Counted from the first letter of the whole stretch, positions 49,589 to 63,017 are shown. The stretch: DNA of 63,107 nt, filler included, from Choristocarpus tenellus KU-1152 (GCA_964200185.2; 11 parts of 11 records of this genome joined end to end with filler, not necessarily neighbours in it), one strand, 5' to 3'. Made by a program: numbers and translations. Notes: a model not told the origin generated them from the letters alone.

Positions 49589-51967
49589 TTCAACTACGTC
49601 ACAGCACTGCTCTGCAGTCTCTGCTGCCTCAGAAAAGCAGGAAGAAAGCAGCCAGTCCACCACCAGGTTGTACAGTGACGAATTCTGTGAGGAAGCCTGG
49701 TCATGGAGGGCAAAGGGAGAACCAGAGTAACCGCCCGAAGGGCAGGTTGGGGAAGAGAGCAGTGTGACTGCATGCCATTGCGCTCAAGAAACCTCTAAAC
49801 AAACACCCGAGTGTAGAATATCTTAGTAGTGGACAGTTACAGCAGGCCCTAGCTGTTTGGAAGCTATGCGAGCCGGAGTGGCTTAAGAAACGAGAAAGAA
49901 GGTGTTAGGGTTGGGCTACAAGGCCTCTGAAGTCCGAAAGAAGGTCGAAAGGGCTCGCAAGGCGGAGAGGAGAAAGCGATTGTAACACTTGCAGTCGTGG
50001 AGACCTTTCGCTACCACCAAATGCACTACTTAGAAGAGGCCGTGAAGCAGGTGGAAGTAGCCATCGATGAAGATACTGGGGAAGAAGAGGAGGTGAGATT
50101 GAGACTATGTGCACACTGATGGTTTGGTGTCTCCCACTTCTTGAAAAATGCCGTACGTTCACGTTTGCTACCACCAAATCCACTACTTAGAAGGGGTCGC
50201 GAAGCAGGTGGCGGTAGCCATCGATGAGGACGTCAGGGAAGAAGAGGAGGTGAGATTGAGACTATATGCATACTGATGGTTTGCTGTCTCCCACTTCTTG
50301 CAAAATGCTGTACATTCACTTTTGTTCCTGAACTTAGGGTTGGACATATATAGTTGATCAAGGCCTTTTCCCGTCCTGCGTTCATTTGAGAAATCTACAC
50401 AATTTTCGATCAGCTCAAGCCTGTCTTCCCTCGCCCTCCTTGCGCCTTGATAAAATATCACCCGCACAGGAAACACGGACAACGCCCATTTCCGGTGCTC
50501 AACGAGGAAATATGATAGTAGTAGAGGCTCTAACACTGCGAATCCTGTACCTGTGTATGAATGACGGGAAAGACCGTCACATGGCGCTAGAGATGGCAGC
50601 AGGATATGCGATGGTCAGGTTGGAAAATGTAAGTAAATGGGAGAGATACTTCCTAACTAAGCGCCACATCAAGGTGTCGGAGCAAGGGCACAACGAGAGG
50701 CGTTTCGTTCTGGGGCTCGACGAGGACATCCTTGCCGAGTTCAAAGAGTGGGTGTGCGAACACACAAGAAGAAAGGGTGGGGAGGCTTTTTTCCCGGCTA
50801 AACCCTGTACAGTACCTACACCTTTTTTATACCAAATTATTATATACCAAACCCCATTTTGTACCGCTTTTTTCGACATACTAAAAAAAATAGGCTTTTG
50901 TACCGGAATTCTCGTATTCGGGCGACTTGGTACAGAATCGGGGAGATATTCACACGAGTTTGGCGCGCGTGTAAATATTTCTCGCGAAAAGTGCCTTTCT
51001 TCCTGAGTCATGACCACACAGCAGTATAGTACGTTGCTGGTAGGGGAATAAAGTGGAAGCNNNNNNNNNNNNNNNNNNNNNNNNNNNNNNNNNNNNNNNN
51101 NNNNTTAATTAATTAANNNNNNNNNNNNNNNNNNNNNNNNNNNNNNNNNNNNNNNNNNNNTTTTTTTGTGGCGGCGGGCGGCGCGGCTCCTCCACATCCT
51201 TTGGGGTGAGTAGGAGAAACTTGGATGTTAGAAGTTTTTTTTTTTTTTTTTGGGGGGGGAGGAGAATGGTTGTTGCAGACTAGATGTAAGGAGAAGGACA
51301 GGGGTATAAACGCATACTGCTGCATGGTTCTTGTTGTATAATTTGTGAGGATCTATCCCTTGTGGAGTGTACATCATGATGTAATTCCTGTATATACATT
51401 TTTTTCTTGAAAAAAGGGCGTGTGTTCCATGATGTACGTGTTACCAGTGTATGTTTGACACGAACTGTGTGAACATGTGGATTGATAGATGGAGCTTCTC
51501 CATCTTTAGTAGAGTAACACTCATCCCCACCCCTTACATCGCAGGCTGTGCCAACCACTCCTCCTCCCTTGCTGAGTTTTTTAACGGTAGTAGTAGTGTT
51601 CAGTTGTTACATGACACATCCATCAGAGGATCAGTTGTTATTTTATGGTTAGAGCCCCTTCAGTTAGTTAGGGTGTTTTGGAGTGGTGTACTGTTGTACC
51701 ATCTGCCCTGTTGTTCCTGATAACAAAACTCTCTCGGGAACAACTCATCGCAACGCCTCTTTTCTCAAGTGTCTAGAACTCCCTATACTGCTCATGTAGT
51801 AGATGTTGCCGAAAAAAATAGTTTTAGTGCATGTATTTGACCACCACCACCGCCACAATAACAACAACAACCTACCCCATCTCACCCCTTTTTCACTCTC
51901 TCATGGACTTGCCCTACTATCCCCCACATGTGGCATGGGAAATGAGAGAGTAGGAGTTACTGTGCAG

Positions 51968-52762
51968 TGGGGACATTTGAGCCCGGGATAGAGATATGGA
52001 ATTTGGATGTTCTGGATCCTTTGGAGCCCTCGGCCACGTTGGGCGGTTATAGGGACAAGAAAGCTGGTAAAAAGTGAGTGTAATTTATATGTAAGAATAT
52101 AGTGCTCAAAATATTCCGGGCTGGAACAGGGATTTTTTTTTTTTTTTTTGGGGGGGGGATGAGGGTGTGTTACTGTGTTTTTGTGTATCGCGAAAGTTGA
52201 GGATAAAGTATAAAGGTTATAAAGGTGGAGATTTTGGTATCTTTCACTTTCACAGGCGAATTCGACTGAAAGCGGTTCTTATGCAGTCACACCAACATTT
52301 CCTCTTGTGATTTTCTTCGTTAGCAGTATTAACCAGACTTACTGGCGCTGCTCTCTGTGCGTACCCCCTGATTAGTTCAAACCCGACCCTTGTGCTACTG
52401 CAAAAGGAGTAGTCGACTTATTTTTTCTAGCGTGTCTGGTCAGATTGTACGGGCTGTTAAGATGGTAATGTAGGAGGAATTGGAGGCAGTCGTGCAAGTT
52501 TGTATTGCTCTGTGAAACATTGTTTTGAACAAGAGACAGACTCTGGAAAACACACACACACACACACACAGCATTCCACATAAAGGTTTTGTAGCATTGG
52601 AGGCGGGTAACCACAATCCCCAGGGGGCACTTACCCCACCCGATGAAGGTGCACACGTCGAATATGCTCACCCAAAATGCATACACGATAGCACCTAAGC
52701 AAATGATGAAGGTTGGTTGCTTTCAGTTCGTCGATATCGCCTGGCACCCCTCTGTAGTATGG

Positions 52763-52796
<34 letters not shown>

Positions 52797-53831
52797 ACTC
52801 TTTTTTTCGGGAGTACAACAACAGTTTTTTTTTTCTTCTTTTTTTTTNNNNNNNNNNTTTCAGTCCTTCAATATCGCCGGGCCCCCTTTTGGTGTGGGGA
52901 CCCCCCCCCCCCCCCCCGCCTGTTCCATTATCACACTTGTACTGTGGACAGTACAGACAGTTTTTTTTGGCAATTTTGAGTTTCCCATCACAGTAAGGGT
53001 GTGGTTGACAGATTGCGACAGGGTTTGCATTTATTTTCTCGAAGAGGCCGGTTATGGTGGCTTTGGTGGTTGTCATTGGTGGTACGGCCTTCTGTGTGGG
53101 AGGGGACGTGCATATATTGGACACATTCGAGGGAGGAGCGTTGTTGGAGGCCTCCTTGTTTGGCAGCTTGGGGAAGGGTGTGATTGAGGTGCCGTGTGGC
53201 TGTTGAAAAGTTGAATGAGGTCTGCGCTGTACTAAGGTCTGGAGTTTGACCTCTCTTCCTCCCCCCTTTTTTTTCTAATCCTGGTCTCGTGGCTTAAATT
53301 GTTCTGAAAATTCAAATATGTACAGTGTGGGTAGTCCGTTTAAGAGATACGTACTGGATTGATTGTCTTGAGCGATACCATGTTTTTGTTCCTTTATATA
53401 GTTTTTGAAATTGTATGGACTGTACTGTGTGGGCGTTGACTGTTTGTACTATCTGTGCAAAAGTAGTATCCTCTTCCCTTTTAACCCTAACCCTAATTCA
53501 TTGATACTGAGATGCCCACCCTAACCCTAACCCTCAGATTTCAGTCGTTGAACTAATGCAAATGCAGCGGGAAGTACAATAGAATTTTATGGCATGGCAT
53601 GGAGGAAAGGGACCCAATATATCCCTGCAAGGGTTGTCTCAATTCAAGAAGTCTCCTCTTTGTACTTCTGGTCTCCCCCCCCCTGCCCTGAAATGGACAT
53701 ATGTGCTTCCCATACACAGGGCACGCAAGAGATATATACCTGAGAGCCATACAGACGCTGTGATTGCTCTCAGCTGGAATAGAGAGCATCGACAAGTCTT
53801 GGCCAGTGGGTCAGGGGATATGACTGTAAAG
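51968..53831 (+). CDS. PWP1: Periodic tryptophan protein 1 (WD40, ribosome biogenesis), two internal exons 51968-52073 and 53720-53831
   Basis: The exons join in phase 2: VGTFEPGIEIWNLDVLDPLEPSATLGGYRDKKAGKK-ARKRYIPESHTDAVIALSWNREHRQVLASGSGDMTVK. GTFEPxIEIWxLD and HTDAVxxLSWN...LASGSxDxTVK are PWP1 motifs. Confidence 0.9.
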
Positions 53832-54149
53832 GTGATGAAAGGGACAGGGTTTTGCTGGGTGTTTGTTTGTGTGCGAAAGAGGAATGTGGTACCTGCTGGC
53901 ATGCTTCTTGTCATCAAATGAACGATATGATGCAATTTTTTTTATCATTATTTCATCGCATGAACATGGTAGTACACAAGCAGATCATCCCTTCCGTATG
54001 GGAGTGCTTACAGTCGCAGCTACATGTGGCGTGCTTGTTTGTAGAGTATTGCATTGGTGTGTTGATTCTCCTTTTGTCATGTTGCCCACGGTGGTCCCTA
54101 CATAGGGATAGTAGTAACCGGCTAGCAATTAGTGAACTGTACATTGAAT

Positions 54150-54317
54150 GAGTGAAACTATCTTAGAGGGTACGAATTTTTCTCTGTTTGTCCATTTGTG
54201 GGGCTTGGCTTCCCATGGGTTTTTTTATGACATTATCCGACTCCAAAATGTTTTGGAGCAGGTAAAATGTATACCTTATGAAAAAGGTGTGTCCGAAACA
54301 TAGATATTGACACTTCC
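54150..54317 (-). mobile_element. MITE family A, truncated by contig end
   Basis: gagtgaaactatcttagagggtacg... matches 19671 onward. Confidence 0.8.
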
Positions 54318-54419
54318 NNNNNNNNNNNNNNNNNNNNNNNNNNNNNNNNNNNNNNNNNNNNTTAATTAATTAANNNNNNNNNNNNNNNNNNNNNNNNNNN
54401 NNNNNNNNNNNNNNNNNAG

Positions 54420-57400
54420 ATCTTCATGGGCCGTGGGGTCTGTGGCTACAGTGGCCGTGGGGGCTAGACCCGCATTTACCCCGAAACTGAAGCAATATTC
54501 CTCAAAACAACCTGCGTTTAAGGGGGAACCAGGGACGTGGAGGAAGTGGAGCAAAACGTTTCTTACACACACTCTCTCATCAGGATGGAGGGAGCCATTA
54601 GTAACCAAGGAACATCTGAGGGTACTGTTGTTGGAGTTTTCCCGGCGGGTGTGAACCCGTATCTGCACCATGCAATGATGTACGCGATTAATGAACTGCA
54701 GGAGGTGACGGCAGGACCTGCTTTGGACATCGTACTGACGTACGAGTCTCCAAGTGAGGTGTTCGCCGCACTGGTGAAGAATTATGCCCATTCAGGCCAA
54801 ACAGAGAGAAATCTTGTGAAATGACAGTTGATGGACATGGTGCTGGAACCTGGGGGAGATCCTGCTGACATCATCAACCGGCAGGGGGCTCTTATAATGG
54901 AGTTGAAGAGCTTGGGAGGTAACGTGACAGAGGAAGATCGAGTGGGTTGACTACAAAATTCACTTGGTGAGGAGTATCTGCACATCCTGTCCCAGATAGA
55001 TGATGAGGAGTCCGTGGAAGGGCGGATTAAATTGGAAAAACTTGTCCTTAAAAGATATTGACTGCGGACCATCCAAAGAGGGACGGAATCGGCTGAGGTG
55101 AGAGCTGGCGCACTGGTGGCTGGACGACAATCCAGACGCACTGGTGGACAACCAAATTGTTGGGAATGTTGTGGACCTCACTTCCGATCCAAGTGTCCCC
55201 AAATCAAGAAACAGAAGGCGATTGATGGGGGTATTACTTGTTTTGTATGCAGGGAAAAAGGACATCAAAGCTTCGCATGTCGACAAAGAAAATTGGAATC
55301 TTCCAACATCCAGAAGAACAAGAATCGGATGGGGGGGAATGGTTCTAAGAACAAGGGAGGCGGACCAAAGTTGGATGGATCTGGCGAAGGACAACCAAGG
55401 TTGGCAGGTTTTCCAGTAACCAATCAAGTGAGTTATCTTGCTAGTATGGTAAAATCATTTCCTTTCAAGAGACCATCATGGGTTGAGGTTTGAACTTGGG
55501 ACAGTGGAGCCACACATAATTTTACGACGACCAATAAAAACATGTATAATTGGGAATCTTGTGATGGAACAGTTGAAGTTGGAGGTGGTGGAACACTTGA
55601 CATTGTGGGGAAGGGGACATCAAATTGGAATGTGTTCTAAGCGGTAAACTGGAGACTGTTGTGTTTACTAACGTACTTGTGGTGCCTGATCTTGGTGTGA
55701 ACTTATATTCTGCCAAGGCTTGCATGCGAGATGGACACAGTTTCTGGTCTATTGACTCCACTAGAATCTCAACTCTTAGGGACAACGGGGAAAGAAATCT
55801 CACCTTAAAGTCATTGGGGGAGGAGGAATTATTCTCCCTAGGGATGCGCAGGGTGGGTGTGAGGAATGGCTCTGATTCTACTAATGTCCCTACCACTGAT
55901 GCAACGTCCGTTTCTGGCACACCAGGAATTAACTTGGCACAGAAAACTGCGTCGAGGGATGTGAATGAGCTGCACACGCGATTAGGTGATGTTCATCAGG
56001 GGTTGGACAGGAAAGATGCTTTGGTGCAGAACATTTTGTTAACTGGAACATGGGAGCCATCGTTACCCACTCGGCAAGGGTCATAGGCATCCAATTCCAC
56101 AGGAGATGGAGAATCGTGCTTTGGTAAAGGGGGAAGATGTTTATGTGGACTCGACTGGAATGAACGCAAAGTCAGAGGAGGAGGTTGTGATATGTGATGA
56201 TCTCGCCCAGGAGGGGGCTAGAGGAGTCGATTTCACACAGGATGAGACTGGAGGTATCGACCTAACCCACGCTGAGGCTAGAGATGTGTCGATCTCACTC
56301 AAGAGGGGAGTGGAGGTGATGTCGATTGTGGAGGATCGATGTTTGACACTACTACATCTGTGGATGATACTGTAGCGAAGTGGACGCTTCCCCCTGAGGG
56401 GGTTGAAGTGAATGTCGTAGTCCTAGGAGGGATTGTTGGAGGGAAGGGACCCACTCCAAAGATGGCACGGGAAGTTATTAATCCAGGAGGGTCAACAAGT
56501 TCGAATGCAGAATTAGAGTCCCCACATATGGATTTTGGGGTAGGGCATTTGATGGCTGAGGATGTTAAAGCAGGTCTGAGTTGGACTATGGGTGAGCCCA
56601 GTCAAAATGCTTCTAAGAACTCTCTGCTAAGTCCTGTGGTGGCAGGAAATGCAATAGGGGTGATGGTGAAAAGGGAGTTAGATGAACGGTCGAACACTGA
56701 CATTGATAATATGAACCCAATGTCACAGCAGGGGAGTGTGAGGAACAAAGTACTGCAACATGTGCATCCGAATAATGGCCTGACCTTACATCTGAACCAG
56801 GCAAACTAAGGGAGAAGTTACATGGAATTGAGCGGGAATTGAAAATGTGAGAGGTGATGGAGTCAGAAGAGTGGCCTTTGTGGAATGGGGCTGTGGATGA
56901 GGAAATGGGCATACAAAACAGACATTCGAAGATTCAGTTTGCTTTTTAAGTTGGGACTACATTTTCAACCGGGGCAGATGGATGAAAAAGGGAGAGTACA
57001 GAGGTCCAAGGAGGGAGTAGGACGATTGCAAGGAGAAAGGGAATGGAGCAGGAAGGACCTGTTCCAGACAACTACAGATGTATGATTGATGGTATCTAAA
57101 TGTGGGTATGGGTATCAATCATGACAAGGCCTGATGCAACATCAGCAGTATTGAGCCTAGCGATGCAGTTTGTTAATCCCACAGTGACGGATTGGAAGGG
57201 GGCTGAGAGGGTTATTGCTTATTTGTTGTGGACAAGTAAGAGAGGATTGACCTATAGTGATTTCAATTTTACGGGAATGCACCCAGGGACCAACTCATCG
57301 GCTATGCTGATGCTGACTACGCCAATTGTGTGATTTAAATATTTTCTGTGTCTGGTGGCATGGTAATGTATGGGGGTGCATGTGTGAGCTGGTGGTCAAA

Positions 57401-58243
57401 AATGCAGAAAACTGTTGCTTTATCTACCACTGAGGCTGAGTATGTTTCGTTGTGTGATTTGGCCAAGGGGGTTATGATTTTGCAGCAAATCCAATATTTT
57501 TTGGAGTCAACTGTGTACAAGTATTGTGTACGACTGTTTGAAGACAATAGTGGGGCAATCAAGTTGGGGGTAGGACAAAACATATAGATATTAGGTATCA
57601 TTATGTTAGAAACTTGGTAAGGGAGGGGAAGGCACAGATTGTGTATGTAAACTCCGGTGAACAACATGGAGATTTGTTCACGAAGGCTCTAAGTGGAAAT
57701 GTGTTTGAGTTTCACACTAGAACTATCATGCACTGTGATTAAGGGGTAGTTTGCAGATTGAGTTCATTGGATTCATATTGTATGGACAGAGGGGAGTGTG
57801 TCAAGATTTTGCTTGTCCATGTTTGGGATTAAGATTTGAAGTGTGCAGATTGAGTTGATTTCAAGTTGGGTTTTATTGTTGGACTGATTTGATTCTCACC
57901 GCATAGTCAGAGTAGGGGAGTGTGTCAAGATTACGCTTGACCATTTGTGGGAATATGGTTTGAAGTATTATTTTACGTACGCACAGAAGATAATGCGGGA
58001 CGTTCGGGATATTTAGGGTTAGGGCATTTGATCGGAAGAAATCGGCGGACTGTTAGAGGCAGAGTGTTTCTGACATGTACTAGAGAACTGTTGAGTCATT
58101 TGGAATTCTGAGTCATTCAATGTAAGGATTGGTGAGCCCCAGCTAGTGAAGGTATCTCACTCTCTTCTCAACTGTGATTCAAGCTAATAAACAATAATAT
58201 AACTGGTTGTGAGGGACAACAGATCGTTAAGGACAGCTTAACA
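54420..58243 (+). mobile_element. Internally deleted Ty1/copia element: gag, protease, RT remnant, RNase H, PPT and 3' LTR (~57923-58243)
   Basis: Two zinc knuckles (CWECCGPHFRSKC, CFVCREKGHQSFAC), WDSGATHN protease, VLVVPDLGVNLYS, TRPDA..., VSWWSKMQKTVALSTTEAEY (RNase H). PPT aggggagtg is followed by TGTCAAG...CTTAACA. Confidence 0.92.
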
Positions 58244-58441
58244 TAATATCATTTCAGGCTCAAAGTATCTTGGGGGGGGGGGTGTCCATTTGGNNNNNNN
58301 NNNNNNNNNNNNNNNNNNNNNNNNNNNNNNNNNNNNNTTAATTAATTAANNNNNNNNNNNNNNNNNNNNNNNNNNNNNNNNNNNNNNNNNNNNGCACCTA
58401 CCTCCCACCCCCCGCGCGCGCGGCTGGGGTGGGGGGGTGGT

Positions 58442-58490
<49 letters not shown>

Positions 58491-60904
58491 GAGGAAGAGA
58501 CAACAGGATATCACAGCAATACAAACAAAAGTACAACATATAGCCGGTTTCCCTAATGTTACTAAAAATGTTCCATCCACCCCAGATTACAATGTAACAC
58601 ATACCAATTATCAGCTAGACTTATCAGTTAGCACTAATCAAAGAGGTGGCTCCGCTTGAAGTGATCAGTCACATAATGGACAATGCATACAACACACACA
58701 CTATTAATATAAAAATATTAATATATAAATATTAATATAAAAATGAGTGACAAAAAGAGCAACCAGTCCGTGCCAACACCACAGTGTGTAGTTACACTGC
58801 ACCCCAAGTCCCTACGAAACCCTAACCCTCTATCAACAACAAAATAAGGGGGACCTGTTGAACATCCACTTGTCAAAAGTGAAAAGGAGGTACTCCTTCT
58901 ATTTTCTTCTATTTATTACTTTGGCATCCTTCTTCCAAATACAGGTATCATATCCTCATAACATCAACAGGTATCCACCCTCTCTACATATATGCACATA
59001 CCCTACTTCCAATCAAACAAAAGAGATAGATATATTACTGGTGTGTGTGTGTGTGTAGTGATAATTCTCACCGAGCAGAACATGCCTTCCACCATAAGTC
59101 GAACACCCAGCAAGATAGGGAAGCCCGCCTGGTTCAGGAGAGTACATATAAATCTTTCTTTTTTAAAAAATGAAATCAGAACAAAAATATACACATGTAT
59201 TGCGCTGAAAAACTCAAAGCTGATAAAGGGAGTAGAGTTACGCAAAGTACATTCAGAGAGTACATTCAGAGAACATAAAAAAAAACACACACACACACTG
59301 ACAGTATGATGCAGTGTGACCATCAAGTCACTTGAGGAAAATAGCCCACTCATCACCTGGAACCTTTCATCTCCTGCAACTTACCATTTGTACCAAACAC
59401 CTCACGTGACAAAGTGACAGATACATTGCAATAGGAGACAGAGTGACCAAAAGACCTTACTCATCCCTGCAAGTCCCTTCAGAGAACGTGCCAATCAAAA
59501 GAGCAAAAAACATTTTAGTTGTAGGCAGCTTTAGGACCTTTTGCAGTCTAAATCATCTTTGCTACCCTGTTCAACACAGTCTATTTCATTGCTCTATGTA
59601 CACAATAACAGTATACACAATAATAGTGTACACAAAATTGGTATTCCCTCCTTACACACAAAAAGTGACACCACAATTCACCAAAGGCTCTTTCTGTAAT
59701 TGAACAAAATTTTTTTTTTTTGCATTTCTCCTAATCCTGAAAATGCAACCTTGCCTACCTCTCAGTAAGTTTGAGTCAAAGGACTAACCAGGTAATGAAT
59801 GTCCTTCTGTGGAGTATACCACACAGGCATTACAACACTACAAAATCAAGAAGGATGTTCTTAACTTGTATGGAGAGTGATACTCTGACATGGGTGAGAA
59901 TAATACCTCTCCAGACATGATAGCCCTAACAGTTACTAACCAGCTCAAAAAATAATTGGTTTTAGGCTACTGCTGTCAGATACTAACGCATAGAAAAGGT
60001 TGATCAATTGATTGATTTGATCCATTAACACTCCTTAGTTTGATGCATGACACAATGACTCTACAGACACGGTAGGATTAGGATTAGGGTTAGGGTTATC
60101 AAGGGACATCCATGTCAAACACACTACCAAAACCAAAAAGAGACGTTCATGACAATAAAAAAAACAAGCATGGAACAAAAGAATCAAAGTGCAAGTACAT
60201 CAACAGGCAATAATGTTATCATTTATTATATATTTATATAGTAAACAAGAAAGAAAGAAAACTTAAATTCAGCACAGTTCAAAAGTGTTATAAAACTGTT
60301 TTAAGTAGTATAACACTCTCCTTATAAGTAGTATAGTACTCTAAGAGATGAAGCACTCTCTGAGCAGTACTAATTACATTTGCATCACTATTATCACATA
60401 TGTCACACAAAAAAATATAAATACATACGAGAAAAAAACAATCACTGCAGCAGCTCTTTTTGTGCATACATATAAATACACATACATACAGCTACTCTTG
60501 ATATTAATAGTACTATTATATTTATTATTATTATTATTATTATAGCCCAGAATCGAGAGGTGTATATTTTCTAGTCATGACATGCAACAGGGAAATATAA
60601 GCCTTTTTCACTCCTCTCTACCCCAAACCAAATCTTGACACCTATTAATACAACAGTCTCTACCAAACTCATTGACCCCATCACACTAAATACTTCATTA
60701 TCTTTTAGGGACCACTGTAAACCTTTCAAAACAAAAAAAAGGCATTCAACTTCAACACCTGGAACATTTGACCACATCCCACCTCCACTAACACTCTATT
60801 CCTAAAAAACACACCCACACACTATATTTATTATGTATAGTGTCTACCATGAATGTATTACATATATTTCCACACAAACACACACAGGCATACAAGTAGC
60901 TCAC

Positions 60905-63017
60905 CTTTGCATCCACCGCCTCCACTGTAAAATCTACAAAACTCCTCCCCGCCTCATCCTTCTCTACCAACTCCAAAAACACCTTCACCCCTTCCTGCTG
61001 CTCCCCCCCCCCTGCTGCCACCCCCTCTCCTCCCACCCACCCCTTCCCCCTTCCGCCATTGGAAGCTACAGAGGGGGAATGAGACCCACACCGGGGGCGG
61101 TTAAGCTCTCCTGGTAATACAATAGGTAATAGGTACAACATAACCTTGTTACTACTCAGGGTCACACACCCAGGATACCTGCTTTTTTATATTTTTTTGG
61201 AGTGGAAGGGGGGGAAGGGGGGGGGACAAGCGTGGAAGTACAGTAAGTGAACATCACTGCATTGTGATACATCAAGAACTAAGCAGACTCTACAGGAAGT
61301 TATGGGGCTCTTATGGCACTGTTTATCGTGACTTGCATCACTACAGAGCGCTGCTCTGTAGCACTATGAGATTCTTGAGCAACATCAAACAAAAAATACT
61401 AATGAAGTAACCACTGTAAATATTGATGCAATGCACAATATCAAATAGCATTAAACTCTAGAGTTTGACGCATCAAGGCAATAGGATGCATGCACACACC
61501 TTGAACAACTCTCTACCATAAAAGATGCTCCATTAATGATGCTCATCAATCAATATTTTCAATCACAATCATGACCACGAGATCCTTGCACAAAGATCAT
61601 TTCCTTCAGATGAAAAAGGACATGCATTTAATTGTCCAAGTACAACTTCAACTTCAACTTCTTATAGGACAAAGAAAAATAATCAAACTAAAAAAGTACA
61701 GTAGCACACCTCATCGTATTTCACTTCGAAACTAAGAAATTCAGAACATAAAATTAGATTTAGGAATACAAATCCACTTCTTGCTTTAAACACTACATTT
61801 TAATTGGGAAGTGTTTGTTCTCAAAGTCCCTTTTTTTTATAATACATTTCAACACCTTTCAAACTTATACAAGAAATGCAAACATGTTCCTGTTCTTAGT
61901 CAACCTACAAAATGTTCTTAGTCAACCTACAAAATGTTCGGCGGTGTCAACTATGCGTCAACTGTTTCTTCCACACCATGTGAGCTTGTACAGCATAAAT
62001 TTGATAGTATGAAAACAATACATTGATTGCAACAACCAAAAGAGACATAACTTTAAACCGTTGACTGTGCTGTATGTGCACTATCACTATGAGGAGCCAA
62101 CACCACAACCACAACAACCTTAATAAAAAAAGAAGAAAACCAATACCTTTCCCCACACACACACCCATTGATGTATATTATCTATTATCAGGAGTGCATT
62201 CTGTATACAAGTAACTGACTCATTAATTTACTCCAAACTGTTATTTTTATTCATTTTTATTATCCCTACACAAAGAATATTACGATCTCATTTAGAATTT
62301 CTTTAAATAGTTACAAAAAGCGATATTTACCTTTTATATTTCTAGTAACAACTACAAAGCTACTCATTTATAAACAATACAGTAGCACAAAAGTCATACC
62401 TGCACACAACACACCTGCACAAACCTCCTCCCCTCCCACCACAAATGCATGCAGGCACCCATCCATTCATCTACTTCATCCTAAAATAACAATACACATC
62501 CACACACACCTTGAAGTACATATCCTCGCTTACCCCCTCACCCCCTTTCCCCTATACCCCCGTACCCACCACATCTACATTACATCTACACTCCATCTAC
62601 ACTACATCTACATTACATCTACACTCCATCTACATTACATCTACACTCATCTACATTACACCTACACTCCATCTATATTACATCTACACTCCATCTACAT
62701 TACATCTACACTCCATCTACATTACATCTACATTACACCTACACTCCATCTACATTGATGATTGATGTACTTGCCTGTTTGCCAGCCGGGCCTGTACCAT
62801 CTCAAAAACCCCAGGCACCAGCAGCGGAGACAGTACATGAGCACGCCTGCCTGCAACAAACAACTCCCCTGCCCATGACCTCTCCATGCCTTCCTCCTCA
62901 TCTTCCTGAACCTTCTCATTTCCAGACAGTAATGCAGGAAATACAAAACGCCTCAATACAAACTTATCCCTCTCTTTCTCGCTCTTCAGTATCTCCGTAG
63001 CACTGCCCGTACTCCCC
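60905..63017 (-). CDS. Unidentified gene fragment; candidate exons ~62775-63017 and 60905-61110
   Basis: GC-richer open frames in AT-rich intron-like DNA (GSTGSATEILKSEKERDKFVLRRFVFPALLSG...MVQARLAN; ELNRPRCG...VFLELVEKDEAGRSFVDFTVEAVDAK ending AAG|GTGAGC). The phase link between them is unresolved. Confidence 0.4.
62571..62755. repeat. 11-bp minisatellite (catctacatta / catctacactc variants)
   Basis: Directly visible tandem units. Confidence 0.9.

Larger units (their letters stand above)
48181..50810 (+). mobile_element. Second, longer copy of the same Tc1-like family, carrying MITE insertions
   Basis: Starts TA|aagtggtaccaatagctt and is colinear with 35314-36470. ORF 50386-51006 is clearly homologous to 36181-36489. 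Confidence 0.8.

Noticed and set aside
5128-58393. Recurrent TTAATTAATTAA palindrome as a biological element, and gene neighbourhoods spanning it
   Set aside because: Always centred in identical N runs: an artificial linker, so cross-contig synteny is meaningless.
60905-60985. Sec24-like C-terminus (FLELVEKDEAGRSFVDF)
   Set aside because: Only a short resemblance to LVED..SYVDF; neighbouring exons give no support.
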